From Acidobacteriota bacterium (GTDB lineage: Bacteria > Acidobacteriota > Thermoanaerobaculia > Multivoradales > Multivoraceae), in the NCBI GenBank assembly GCA_003388555.1, contig QQVD01000057.1:43192-107191 (forward strand): DNA of 64,000 bases, in the 5' to 3' direction. Positions 28,839 to 38,425 of this stretch are shown piece by piece. Position 1 is the first letter of the stretch. Every line of letters begins with the position of its first letter. The notes beneath the pieces were generated by a model. The model was not told the DNA's origin and made no database searches. It saw nothing but the letters and a program-made list of their open reading frames with translations. The translations under genes were made by a program, and so were the position numbers.

Positions 28839-29680
28839 AGGAGCCCGGCGACGCCGTCGACAGCAGGATCTGGCACGAGCTCGACTACCTGCGCGAGTTG
28901 GGCTGGGAGGAGCTGTACCCGGCGGTGCCGCCCTCGGCACCGCCCCGAACCGTGGCGAGAGAGGGGAGCGGAGACCCGCCGCGCTCGGCTTCGGCGGTGG
29001 ACTCCGGCGCCGCCCACGAAAAGCCGCGGGCGATGCCTGCAGCAACCCCCGAAGACGCCGCACCGGCCGAGGCCGGCGGGACGACGAGGGAGGAGAGCGA
29101 CGAGCGTACGCGCCGGATCGCCGCCTGCGCATCGCTCGACGAGCTCGGCGAGCTCGCGGCCGGCTGCGTCGCCTGTCCCCTGGCGCAGACCCGCCGCAGC
29201 GTCGTCTTCGGCTCAGGCTCGCCGACTGCCGAGCTGATGTTCGTCGGCGAGGGCCCGGGCGCCCAGGAGGACCTCAAGGGACTGCCCTTCGTCGGACCGG
29301 CAGGGGAGCTGCTGACCAAGATCATCGAAGCGATCGACCTGGAGCGGGGGCAGGTGTACATCGCCAACGTCGTCAAGTGCCGGCCGCCGAACAACCGCGA
29401 TCCGCAGCCCGGCGAGGTCTCGGCGTGCATCGGTTTCCTGCGCCGTCAGGTCGAGCTGGTGCAGCCGAAGCTGATCGTGGCGCTGGGCCGGGTGGCGGCG
29501 CAGAACCTGCTCGAGACCGATGCGCCGGTGGGGCGCATGCGAGGCCGCTGGCACTCGTTCGCCGGCGTTTCCCTCCGGGTGACGTACCATCCGGCCGCCC
29601 TGCTGCGCAATCAGTCCCTCAAGCGTCCGACCTGGGAGGACATGCAGGAGGTGCGCGACCGGCTGCAGGCAACGGAGTGA
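28835..29680 (+). CDS. Family-4 (UdgA-type) uracil-DNA glycosylase with an N-terminal extension.
   Basis: A GTG overlaps the coaBC stop (GTGA). The core reads CVACPLAQTRRSVVFGSGSPTAELMFVGEGPGAQEDLKGLPFVGPAGELL...VVKCRPPNNRDP...HPAALLRN. An alternative ATG at 29033 gives 215 aa. Confidence 0.8.
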   Translation: MKEPGDAVDSRIWHELDYLRELGWEELYPAVPPSAPPRTVAREGSGDPPRSASAVDSGAAHEKPRAMPAATPEDAAPAEAGGTTREESDERTRRIAACASLDELGELAAGCVACPLAQTRRSVVFGSGSPTAELMFVGEGPGAQEDLKGLPFVGPAGELLTKIIEAIDLERGQVYIANVVKCRPPNNRDPQPGEVSACIGFLRRQVELVQPKLIVALGRVAAQNLLETDAPVGRMRGRWHSFAGVSLRVTYHPAALLRNQSLKRPTWEDMQEVRDRLQATE

Positions 29681-29780
29681 ACGCAGCGGGCGGACGCCAC
29701 CGCCAGTGTCGTCCGGCCCGGGGCCCCGGCTCAGGCCCGCTGCCCGACTCCTCCTCGCCGGTCCGCTCGCCAGCGAAACG

Positions 29781-31376
29781 ATGTCCGCCTCCACCGCAGT
29801 TCCGACCCTCGCCGCACTTCCGCCCGTCGGCGGTTCGGCGGTGTTCCCGTCGTCGTTCGGAGCGCTCGACGCGGCGCTGATCGTCGTCTACATCCTGGTC
29901 ACCGTCGGCGCCGCCCTGCTGGTGCGTCGCGGCGTGCACGACATGGCCGACTTCGTGGTCGCCGGGCGCAGCCTGCGCTCCTCGCTCGGCGTGGCGACGA
30001 TGATCGGCAGCGAGCTCGGCCTGGTGACGATCATGTTCTCGGCACAGAAGGGCTTCACCGGCGGCATGGCCGCCTTCCACATCCCGCTGGTGGCCGGACT
30101 GACGACGCTGCTGGTCGGCCTCACGGGCTTTCTGGTCGTGCCCCTGCGCGAGCGGGGAGTGCTGACCATCCCCGAGTTCTACGGCCAGCGCTTCGGCCGC
30201 GGCGTGAGGGTCGTCGGCGGCGTCATCCTGGCCCTCGCCGGGATCCTCAACATGGGTCTCTTCCTCAAGGCGGGCTCGGTGTTCGTCGTCACCGTGACCG
30301 GCATGGGCTCGCCGCTGGCGGTGAAGTGGGTGATGACCGTGCTGCTGGTGCTGGTCCTGTTCTACGTCTCGGTGGGCGGAATGCTCGCGGTCGTCGTCAC
30401 CGACTACATCCAGTTCGTGCTGCTCTCGATCGGGCTGCTGGTCGCCTGCGTCGTCGCGCTGCGTCGGTTCGGGATCGACAGCCTGGTGGAGGCTGTGCAG
30501 CAGGTGCACGGTCCGGCCGGCTTCGATCCGCTGCACGGCGACGGCTTCGGCCTCGGCTACGTCGTCTGGATGGTGTTCACCGCCGGGCTGGTCTCGTGCG
30601 CCATCTGGCAGACCGCGGTGGTCCGGGCCTGCTCGGCGGAGTCGGTCGAGGTGGTGCGGCGCACCTACCAGATCTCGTCGATCGGCTTCCTCGCCCGCTT
30701 CCTGGTGCCCAACTTCCTCGGCGTCTGCGCCCTGGCCTGGGTGGTCGCTGACGCCGGGCGCTCCGCCGTCTTCCTGCCCGGGGGCCGTCCCGCCGATCCG
30801 GAGACGACCCTGGCGGTGATGCCGGCGCTGCTCGCCGACCTGCTGCCGACCGGGCTCCTCGGGCTGGTGGTCGCGGGGATGCTGGCGGCCTTCATGTCGA
30901 CCCACGACTCGTATCTGCTCTGCTGGAGCTCGGTGCTGACCCAGGACGTGGTGGCGCCGCTGCGGCGCCGGCCGATGAGCGAAGGCGCCAGACTGCTGCT
31001 GTCGCGCGTCTTGATCTTCGTCATCGGTGTGTTCCTGCTGCTCTGGAGCCTCTGGTACCCACTGCAGCAGGACCTCTGGGACTACATGGCGATCACCGGC
31101 GCGATCTACTTCACCGGCGCCTTCTCGCTGCTCTTCTTCGGCCTCTACTGGCGGCGCGCCAGCACCGCCGGCGCCTACGGCTCGCTCGCCTGCGGCCTCG
31201 TCGCGGTGCTCGGCCTCGGACCGGTGGGCGGTGCGCTCGGGGTCGGCCTGAGCGGCGAGCAGGCCGGCCTGCTGGCGACCGGATTGGCGATCGTCGCCAT
31301 GGTGTCGCTGTCGTACCTGTTCCCCGACACGCGCTCCGCGGCCGACGACGTCCGGCGGCCGGAGGTCTCGCCATGA
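29781..31376 (+). CDS. Sodium:solute symporter family (SSF) transporter.
   Basis: About 13 hydrophobic helices with SSF-like layout (ALIVVYILVTVGAALL...GRSL...GSELGLVTIMFSAQKGFTGG). The ORF track start 29706 (GTG) is an alternative. Confidence 0.85.
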   Translation: MSASTAVPTLAALPPVGGSAVFPSSFGALDAALIVVYILVTVGAALLVRRGVHDMADFVVAGRSLRSSLGVATMIGSELGLVTIMFSAQKGFTGGMAAFHIPLVAGLTTLLVGLTGFLVVPLRERGVLTIPEFYGQRFGRGVRVVGGVILALAGILNMGLFLKAGSVFVVTVTGMGSPLAVKWVMTVLLVLVLFYVSVGGMLAVVVTDYIQFVLLSIGLLVACVVALRRFGIDSLVEAVQQVHGPAGFDPLHGDGFGLGYVVWMVFTAGLVSCAIWQTAVVRACSAESVEVVRRTYQISSIGFLARFLVPNFLGVCALAWVVADAGRSAVFLPGGRPADPETTLAVMPALLADLLPTGLLGLVVAGMLAAFMSTHDSYLLCWSSVLTQDVVAPLRRRPMSEGARLLLSRVLIFVIGVFLLLWSLWYPLQQDLWDYMAITGAIYFTGAFSLLFFGLYWRRASTAGAYGSLACGLVAVLGLGPVGGALGVGLSGEQAGLLATGLAIVAMVSLSYLFPDTRSAADDVRRPEVSP

Positions 31377-31579
31377 GCTGGGCCGGCTTCTGGCTCGTCT
31401 TCCTCGGCCTGAGCCTGGCGGTCTACGCCGTCGTCGCGCTCGCGGTCACGATCCGCGGCGGTGCCGAGCTGGTGACGCTGATCCGCACCCGCGGTGGGGG
31501 ATCGCGGGAGCCGGACGGGCCGGAGGGGAACTCCGACGTCTCGTCGCGCGGCCGCGCCGGCGACCGCAGCGGGGACTGA
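31373..31579 (+). CDS. Small membrane protein (68 aa) translationally coupled to the SSF transporter.
   Basis: ATGA overlap with the transporter stop. Single TM segment WLVFLGLSLAVYAVVALAVTI. Resembles the small DUF-type partner genes of solute:sodium symporters. Confidence 0.35.
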   Translation: MSWAGFWLVFLGLSLAVYAVVALAVTIRGGAELVTLIRTRGGGSREPDGPEGNSDVSSRGRAGDRSGD

Positions 31580-31581
31580 CG

Positions 31582-32535
31582 ATGCCCCGCCGCCGAGCGG
31601 CCGGTGGCGCGAAGCCGATCGCCACCCTCGAGCTGAGCTGCCTCGGCCGGCCACGGCTGCGACTCGTGGAGGCAGGAGACGCAGGGGTGGTCGAGCTCGA
31701 GGCGCCGCACCGCCGCGTGCTGATCCTGCTCGCCGCTCTGGCCACCGGCCCGGGGCGCGAACGTTCCCGCGATCAGCTGGTCGAGGCGCTGTGGCCGGAG
31801 CACGATCTCGACCGGGCGCTGGCCAACCTCCGCCCGGCACTCAGCCTGGCGCGGCGGCTGATCCGGGAGGCCTGCTCGGTGGAAGCCGACCCGCTGCCTC
31901 GCCGGGGAGCCTTCTATCGGCTGTCGCCGGAGTTCGCGTGGCGGATCGACGCCGAGACCTTCCGCGAGCTCGTCGTCGCCACCCGACCGCGGCACGGCGC
32001 CGCACCCGGGGACGCCGGACCTCGCGACGCCGCAGAGCCCGTCGGCCCTGAGCCGCCGCGCCAGCCGGAGCAGGGCGGGGACTCCGGACCGGGCTCCGAG
32101 CGCGCCGAGGCGTCGCGTCGGCAGTGGCTTCTGCGCACCCGCGACCGCCTCGAGCAGGCCTGGAAGCTGTACCGGGGCGTCTTCCTCTCCGGCTGCGCGG
32201 TGACGCCGTGGGTGCGTGAGGAGCGCTCCCGCTTCGAGACGCTGTGGGACGAGATGCTGCTGCGCCTCGGCGCCGTGCACGTCGAGCTCGGCGAGCTCGA
32301 TCGGGCGCTCGACTCGTTCCGCACCATCGTCGCCTTCGATCCGACCCGCGAGGACGCCCACCTCTCCGTGATGCGTATCTTCTCGCGCCAGGGGCGGCCG
32401 GACCTGGTGCGGCGCCAGTACGACCAGATGTGCCGCCACCTGCTCGACGAGCTCGAGAGCCGGCCGCTCGATTCGACCGCCCGTCGGTACTACGCGCTGC
32501 TCTCCTCTCCCGAGGACGCCGCGGCTCCCTGGTAG
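31582..32535 (+). CDS. SARP-family (OmpR-type winged helix plus BTAD) transcriptional regulator.
   Basis: The N-terminus LELSCLGRPRLRLVEAG...VLILLAALATGPG...SRDQLVEALWPE is the SARP DNA-binding region. The C-terminus has a BTAD-like TPR pattern (WLLRTRDRLEQAWKLYRGVF...LDRALDSFRTIVAFDPTREDAHLSVMRIFSRQGRPDLVRRQYDQ). Confidence 0.65.
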   Translation: MPRRRAAGGAKPIATLELSCLGRPRLRLVEAGDAGVVELEAPHRRVLILLAALATGPGRERSRDQLVEALWPEHDLDRALANLRPALSLARRLIREACSVEADPLPRRGAFYRLSPEFAWRIDAETFRELVVATRPRHGAAPGDAGPRDAAEPVGPEPPRQPEQGGDSGPGSERAEASRRQWLLRTRDRLEQAWKLYRGVFLSGCAVTPWVREERSRFETLWDEMLLRLGAVHVELGELDRALDSFRTIVAFDPTREDAHLSVMRIFSRQGRPDLVRRQYDQMCRHLLDELESRPLDSTARRYYALLSSPEDAAAPW

Positions 32536-32648
32536 GCCGCATCGGACTCTCTGTTCGCCGTCGCGGTTGCTACGATCCGGGCCGGGCACAGGCCGCGAAA
32601 GGCGCCGCCTCGGTCCACTCTCCGAACACCGTCCGAGGGCTCTTCCCG

Positions 32649-33656
32649 TTGCAGACTTCCGGTTCGCTGGCGCAGCAGGCCGCACCGTCCGAGCTGGTGG
32701 CGCCCGACGCTCCGCCGCGCCCTGCCGTCGAGGTCAGCGTCGTCGTGCCGGTGCTCGACGAGGCGCAGAGCGTCGCCGAGCTGGCGCAGCGCATCGCCGC
32801 CGAGCTGCAGGCACTCGACAAGAGCTTCGAGATCGTCTTCGTCGACGACGGATCGCGCGACGACACCGTCGAGGTCGTGCGCACCTGTCACCGCGAGGAT
32901 CCGCGCATCCGGCTGGTGCGCTTCCGGCGCAACTTCGGCAAGGCCGCCGCGCTCTCGGCGGGCTTCGAGCATTCGAGCGGCGAGATCATCATCACCATCG
33001 ACGGCGACCTGCAGGACGATCCGGCCGAGATCCCCCGCTTCCTCGAAGCGCTCGACGGCGACCAGCTCGACCTGGTGAGTGGCTGGAAGCAACGCCGCCG
33101 CGATCCGCTCAGCAAGCGGCTGCTGTCGAGGATCTTCAACGCGGTGACCAGCGCCATCGCCTCGGTCGACCTGCACGACTTCAACTGCGGCTTCAAGGCG
33201 TACCGGCGCGAGGTGCTCGACCAGGTCAGTGTCTACGGAGAGCTGCACCGCTACATCCCGGTGCTCGCGGCCCGGCGGGGCTTCCGCGTCGGCGAGCTGG
33301 CGGTGCGTCACCATCCGCGCCGGCACGGTCGGTCGAAGTACGGCTGGGGACGCCTGCTCAAGGGGCCCCTCGACCTCATCACGGTGCTGTTCATCACCCG
33401 CTACACCCGCAGGCCGCTGCACTTCTTCGGCGTCGTCGGGGCCAGCAGCGCGCTGGTCGGCTTCGCCATCTGCGCCTATCTGGCGGTGCAGTGGTTCGGC
33501 GGCGCCAGCCTGTCGAATCGGCCGCTGCTGCTGCTCGGCGTGCTGATGATCCTGCTCGGCATCCAGGTGCTGACCACCGGCCTGATCGGCGAGATGTTGA
33601 CCTACAAGACCTTCGAGCGCAGCGACAGCTACTCGATCAAGGAGACCCTGGGCTGA
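32649..33656 (+). CDS. GT2-family polyprenyl-phosphate glycosyltransferase (DPM1/ArnC-like) with two C-terminal TM helices.
   Basis: VSVVVPVLDEAQSV, EIVFVDDGSRDDT, IDGDLQDDP, then C-terminal hydrophobic helices. Start is uncertain (TTG 32649 with GAGGG upstream, or GTG 32697). The upstream part of ORF 32244..33656 is artifact. Confidence 0.8.
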   Translation: MQTSGSLAQQAAPSELVAPDAPPRPAVEVSVVVPVLDEAQSVAELAQRIAAELQALDKSFEIVFVDDGSRDDTVEVVRTCHREDPRIRLVRFRRNFGKAAALSAGFEHSSGEIIITIDGDLQDDPAEIPRFLEALDGDQLDLVSGWKQRRRDPLSKRLLSRIFNAVTSAIASVDLHDFNCGFKAYRREVLDQVSVYGELHRYIPVLAARRGFRVGELAVRHHPRRHGRSKYGWGRLLKGPLDLITVLFITRYTRRPLHFFGVVGASSALVGFAICAYLAVQWFGGASLSNRPLLLLGVLMILLGIQVLTTGLIGEMLTYKTFERSDSYSIKETLG

Positions 33657-33743
33657 AGAGCGAGCTCGTCGCTCGTCGTCGGAGGGTCTCGGGACGCGCC
33701 GCCGCCCGTCGGCAGGCGAGGTCCGCCCTTCGTACGGTGTGCG

Positions 33744-35027
33744 ATGGCTGAGCGGGGGCGCCGCCGTCGGGCCGTCTTCCTGACCCAGACCTTCCCGCGC
33801 ACCCCGGACGACACCGCCGGGCCTTTCATCCGCGAGATCGGCGCCGGCCTGGCTCGAGCCGGCTGGCAGGTGCGGGTCCTGGCGCCGCACGCACGCGAGC
33901 TGCCGCGGCATTGGCGGGACGGGCCCCTCGACGTGCGCACCTTCCGCTACGCGCCCGAGGCACTCGAGGCGATCGGCTACTCGCGCTCGCTCGAACGGGA
34001 CGAGAGCCTTCGCGCCGCGGCCGCGCTGGCGGCGCCCCTCTACCTGCTGGCGGCCCGCCGCGCGCTGCGGGCGCTGCTGCGCGAGGAGCCGGCCGAGGTG
34101 GTGCACACGCACTGGATCGTGCCCAACGGTCTCGCCGTGCCGGGTGGAGGCCGACCGCTCGCCGGCGGGCGCACCGTGGTGGGCTACGGGCTGCACGGTT
34201 CCGACGTCTTCCTCGCCGAGCGGCCTCTGGTCCGGGCACTCGTCGCGCGACTGTTGCGACGCGGCGCCTTCCTCACCGGCTGCTCGCCGGAGCTCGTCGC
34301 GCGGGTTGCCCGCCTGAGCGACGCGCCGTGCCCCCAGGCGGTGATCCCCTACGGCGTCGACGCCGAGACCTTCCGCCCCGATCCGGCTGCTTCCGCGGCC
34401 TGGCGCCGCGAGCTGGGGCTGCCCGAGGGAGCCGTCGTCGCGCTGGGGGTCGGACGGATGGCGACCAAGAAGGGCTTCCACGTCCTCGTGGCCGAGCTGC
34501 AGCGGCTCTTCGAGCGCGCTCCGGAGACCCTGCATCTTGTGCTCGCGGGGGGCGGAGACCGCGAGGCGGAGCTTCGAAGGGCGAGCGCCGGATGGCAGCA
34601 CCGGGTGCACTTCCCGGGACTGGTGCGGCGCGACGTCTTGCCGGGGCTCTTCGCCGCAGCGGACCTCTTCGTGCTGCCGGCGGTGCACGACGAGAAGGGC
34701 AACGTCGATGGCCTGCCCAACGTCATCCTCGAGGCGATGGCCTCGGCGCTGCCGGTCGTCGCCAGCGAGATCTCGGGCATACCGCTCGCCGTCGAGGACG
34801 GGACCACCGGCATCCTGACGCGGGAGGGAGATGGCGCGGAGGTGGTCGACGCGATCGTGCGGCTGGCGGCGGCGCCCGAGATACGGCGGCAGATGGGTGA
34901 GGCGGGCCGATCGAAGGTGCGCCACGAGCTGACGTGGGACCGCGTTGCCCAGCGCTACGCCGAGGTCTACGAGGCGGCGCTGGAGCGACTCGGCAACGAG
35001 ACGGGCGCGGCCACGGTCGAGGAATGA
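33744..35027 (+). CDS. GT4-family (GT-B fold) glycosyltransferase.
   Basis: GGGDREAELRR, FPGLVRRDVLPGLFAAADLFVLPA, E-x7-E motif DGLPNVILEAMASALPVVASEISG. Confidence 0.8.
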   Translation: MAERGRRRRAVFLTQTFPRTPDDTAGPFIREIGAGLARAGWQVRVLAPHARELPRHWRDGPLDVRTFRYAPEALEAIGYSRSLERDESLRAAAALAAPLYLLAARRALRALLREEPAEVVHTHWIVPNGLAVPGGGRPLAGGRTVVGYGLHGSDVFLAERPLVRALVARLLRRGAFLTGCSPELVARVARLSDAPCPQAVIPYGVDAETFRPDPAASAAWRRELGLPEGAVVALGVGRMATKKGFHVLVAELQRLFERAPETLHLVLAGGGDREAELRRASAGWQHRVHFPGLVRRDVLPGLFAAADLFVLPAVHDEKGNVDGLPNVILEAMASALPVVASEISGIPLAVEDGTTGILTREGDGAEVVDAIVRLAAAPEIRRQMGEAGRSKVRHELTWDRVAQRYAEVYEAALERLGNETGAATVEE

Positions 35028-35209
35028 CGGGCTCTTGGAGCGGGTTGCGCGCCACGGTGGTGACGTGGTCGCGACAACGGGAGCCTGTCTGCCGGCGCCC
35101 CTCGGCGCGTCGATCGACGGAGGCGGCGACCCGTCCGGAACGAAGGCTCCGGGCGAACTGCACGCCAGTCAACGTGCTCGCGAGGGCAGACGATGAGGAG
35201 GCTGCGGTG

Positions 35210-38197
35210 ATGCGCACACGAGCTATGGCGACGGGAGCAGCGCAGCGGCAGCGCTGGCGCGGACTGCGGTGGGGACGTCTCGTCCTGGCACTGGCACTCG
35301 CGGCGGCAGCCGCCGCGGCGCAGGAGGCTGACCGCAGAGCCACCGATGTCCCTTCGGCGGAGACCGCCGATCTCGACCTCTCGGCGCCGCTGCCGCTCGA
35401 CCCGCTGGTGCGCACCGGGACGACGCGCAGCGGAGTGCGTTTCTACGTGCGCCGCAACTCGCGCCCCGAGGGCCGTGCCGAGCTCCGTCTGGTGGTGCGT
35501 TCGGGCTCGCTGCAGGAAGACGAGCGTCAGCTCGGCCTGGCGCATTTCGTCGAGCACATGGCGTTCAACGGCACCGAGCACTTCGCCAAGAACGAGGCGA
35601 TCGAGTACCTGCGCTCGATCGGCATGGAGTTCGGCGCCGACGTCAACGCCTTCACCGGCTTCGACCGCACCGTCTACCAGCTGCGGGTCCCCACCGACGA
35701 CGAGGAGGCGGTCGAGCGGGGTCTGCTGATCCTGGAGGACTGGGCCTCGGGCCTCACCTTCGCCGCTGAGGAGATCGATCGCGAGCGGGGCGTCGTCATC
35801 GAGGAGTGGCGAGGTGGGCGCGGCGCCGCGGCGCGGATCAGCGACCAGCACCTGCCGGTGCTGCTCGCCGGATCGCCGCGCGCGACGCGTCGACCGATCG
35901 GCGACCCCGATCTGCTGCGCACCTTTCCGCACGAGGACCTGATCCGCTACTACCGCACCTGGTACCGGCCCGAGCGCATGGCGATCGTCGCCGTCGGAGA
36001 CTTCGACCCCGAGCGCATGCAGCGCCGGATCGAGCGCGCCTTCCGCAAGCTCGGCAGTCGCCAGGCGCGGCGTCAGCGGGCCGAGAGCGAGCGGCCTGCC
36101 GAGATCGAAGACCGGGTCGAGCTGTCGTCGGCGGACCGTTTCTCTCTGGCCACCGATCCCGAGATCCAGCGCCCCCGGCTGGAGCACGTGGTGCGGCACG
36201 CGGCGCCGCGCGGTGGCTCTATCGGCGATTTTCGAGACGACCTGATCGACAGCCTCTTCCTGCGCATGTTCAACCAACGCCTCGGCGAGCTCCTGCAGCA
36301 GGCCGAACCGCCCTTCCTCAGCGCCGGCGCGGGCCTGCAGCGGGTCGACGCCTCGACGGTGCTCTTCACCCTCGCGATGAGCCCGCAGGAGGGTCTGCTG
36401 CTCGAGGGCCTCGACTCGGTAGCCGTCGAAGCCGAGCGGGTGCGTCGCCACGGCTTCCTCGACAGCGAGCTGGAGCGCCAGCGCGGTGTCTTCCTGCGTG
36501 CCTTCGAGCGGGCCTGGGAAGAGCGCGACACCACGAGCTCCGGAGCCTTCGTCGCCGACTACATCGACCACTTCGTCGACGCCGAGCCCTATCCCGACGC
36601 GGCGCAGCGTCTCGACCTGGTCCGTCGCCTGCTGCCGGCGATCACGCTCGAGGAGATCAACGCGCGCTCGCAGCGCTGGAGCAGCGGCGACGATCGGGTG
36701 ACGCTGCTCACGGCTCCCGACAGCGAGGCAGAGGACCTCCCGGACGGAGAGGCGATCCTCGACCGGCTCGAGGCGGTGCGCGAACGTGAAGTGGAGCCCT
36801 GGGTCGACGAGGTCTCGACGACGCCGTTGATGGAGACGCTTCCCGAGCCCGGCGAGGTGACCACCCGGCGGCAGATCGAGGAGCTCGACCTGCACCACTG
36901 GAGCCTGTCGAACGGCATAGAGGTCTATCTCAAGGTGACCGACTTCAAGCGCGACGAGGTGCTGCTTCGCGCCTTCAGTCCCGGAGGCACCTCGCTGGTC
37001 AGCGAAGAGGAGTTCCCCTCCGCCGTGATGTCGCAGACCGTGCTCGGGATCAGCGGGCTGGGCGAGCACAGCATGATCGAGCTCGGCAAGATGCTCAGCG
37101 ACAAGGTGGTCAGCATCAGCCCGACGCTCGACGAGGAGGGCGAGGGCTTCCAGGGTGGCGGCTCGCCGCAGGACCTCGAGACCCTCTTCCAGCTGCTGCA
37201 TCTGCAGGCCACGGCGCCGCGCGACGACCCGGAGGCCTTCGCCAGCTTCGAGAACCGCATGGCGGGCCTGGTGCGCAACCGACGCTCGCGCCCCGAGATC
37301 GTCTTCGGCGAGGCGATCGAGGAGGCCCTGTACGACGATCATCCCCGCCGCCAGCCCTTCGACGAGGCGTTCCTGGAGCGGATCGACCACGACACGGTGC
37401 TGCGGGTGCATCGGGAGCGTTTCGCCGACCTCGGGGACTTCACGTTCGTGATCGTCGGCGCCTTCGAGCTCGACGCCATGGAAGCGCTCGTCGAGCGGTA
37501 TCTGGCGTCGCTGCCGAGCGAGGGGCGTCGGGAGGCACCGCGCGACGTCGGCGTGCGCATCGTGCCAGGCGAGGTCACACGCGAGATCGCGATGGGGGTG
37601 GAGGAGAAGGCTCAGGTGCAGCTGGTGCTCTCCGGAGCTTTCGAGCAGTCCGTGGAGGAGCGCCTGCGGCTGCACGTGATGGTCGAGGTGCTGCGCAGCC
37701 GGCTGCGCGATCGGGTGCGCGAGGACCTGGGAGGCACCTACGGCGTCGGGCTCTCGGCGAGCACCAGCCACTGGCCCACCGAGAGTTTCCGCCTCACCGT
37801 GTCGTTCGGCGCCGATCCCGAACGCATCGACGAGCTGGTCGAGGTGGTGTTCGAGGAGATGGATCGGATGCGGCGCGAGGCCCCGGAGGTCTCCGAGCTG
37901 GAGAAGGTGCGCGAGACGGAGAGGCGCAACCGTGAGACGGCGCTGCGCCAGAACGGCTTCTGGCTCGGCACGCTCGCCTACAGCCTCGAGCGCGGCGAGG
38001 ACCTGACGAACATCCTCACCTTCGACCAACGTCTGTCGGCGGTCGACGTCGAAACGATCCGGCAGGCGGCCGGGAAGTACCTCAAGCGCGAGAACCTCGG
38101 CCGCTTCGTACTGCGTCCGGCGGCCGCCGGGGGCGACGCTTCGCCGCAGGCAGGGTCGCAGGAGGATCCGTCCCAGATCGAGGAAGAGGCCGCCTGA
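35210..38197 (+). CDS. M16-family (pitrilysin/insulinase) zinc metallopeptidase, two-halves type, secreted.
   Basis: GAGGAGG lies 10 nt upstream of the ATG. Signal peptide RLVLALALAAAAAAAQEA. Inverted zinc motif HFVEHMAFNGT...EYLRSIGMEFGADVNA. 996 aa with a second inactive M16 half. Confidence 0.85.
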   Translation: MRTRAMATGAAQRQRWRGLRWGRLVLALALAAAAAAAQEADRRATDVPSAETADLDLSAPLPLDPLVRTGTTRSGVRFYVRRNSRPEGRAELRLVVRSGSLQEDERQLGLAHFVEHMAFNGTEHFAKNEAIEYLRSIGMEFGADVNAFTGFDRTVYQLRVPTDDEEAVERGLLILEDWASGLTFAAEEIDRERGVVIEEWRGGRGAAARISDQHLPVLLAGSPRATRRPIGDPDLLRTFPHEDLIRYYRTWYRPERMAIVAVGDFDPERMQRRIERAFRKLGSRQARRQRAESERPAEIEDRVELSSADRFSLATDPEIQRPRLEHVVRHAAPRGGSIGDFRDDLIDSLFLRMFNQRLGELLQQAEPPFLSAGAGLQRVDASTVLFTLAMSPQEGLLLEGLDSVAVEAERVRRHGFLDSELERQRGVFLRAFERAWEERDTTSSGAFVADYIDHFVDAEPYPDAAQRLDLVRRLLPAITLEEINARSQRWSSGDDRVTLLTAPDSEAEDLPDGEAILDRLEAVREREVEPWVDEVSTTPLMETLPEPGEVTTRRQIEELDLHHWSLSNGIEVYLKVTDFKRDEVLLRAFSPGGTSLVSEEEFPSAVMSQTVLGISGLGEHSMIELGKMLSDKVVSISPTLDEEGEGFQGGGSPQDLETLFQLLHLQATAPRDDPEAFASFENRMAGLVRNRRSRPEIVFGEAIEEALYDDHPRRQPFDEAFLERIDHDTVLRVHRERFADLGDFTFVIVGAFELDAMEALVERYLASLPSEGRREAPRDVGVRIVPGEVTREIAMGVEEKAQVQLVLSGAFEQSVEERLRLHVMVEVLRSRLRDRVREDLGGTYGVGLSASTSHWPTESFRLTVSFGADPERIDELVEVVFEEMDRMRREAPEVSELEKVRETERRNRETALRQNGFWLGTLAYSLERGEDLTNILTFDQRLSAVDVETIRQAAGKYLKRENLGRFVLRPAAAGGDASPQAGSQEDPSQIEEEAA

Positions 38198-38425
38198 TCG
38201 GACCTGCGTGACCCCTGGGCCGAGGTCGCGACGGGTCCGCGGGCGTCGCGACGGCGGTTAGGCTCTACGTCCGCCGGCGGCGCGCCGGCGAAGCGCACGC
38301 AGAGCAGGACGGTCGACGAAGAGAGAGAGGAGCTCGAGATGGGCAGGCAGAGGGTGACCGCGACCAACGATCCGGATCGGGGAGCTCGTCCGCCAAGAGG
38401 CGACGGGGGGCGCGCTGCTCGTCCG

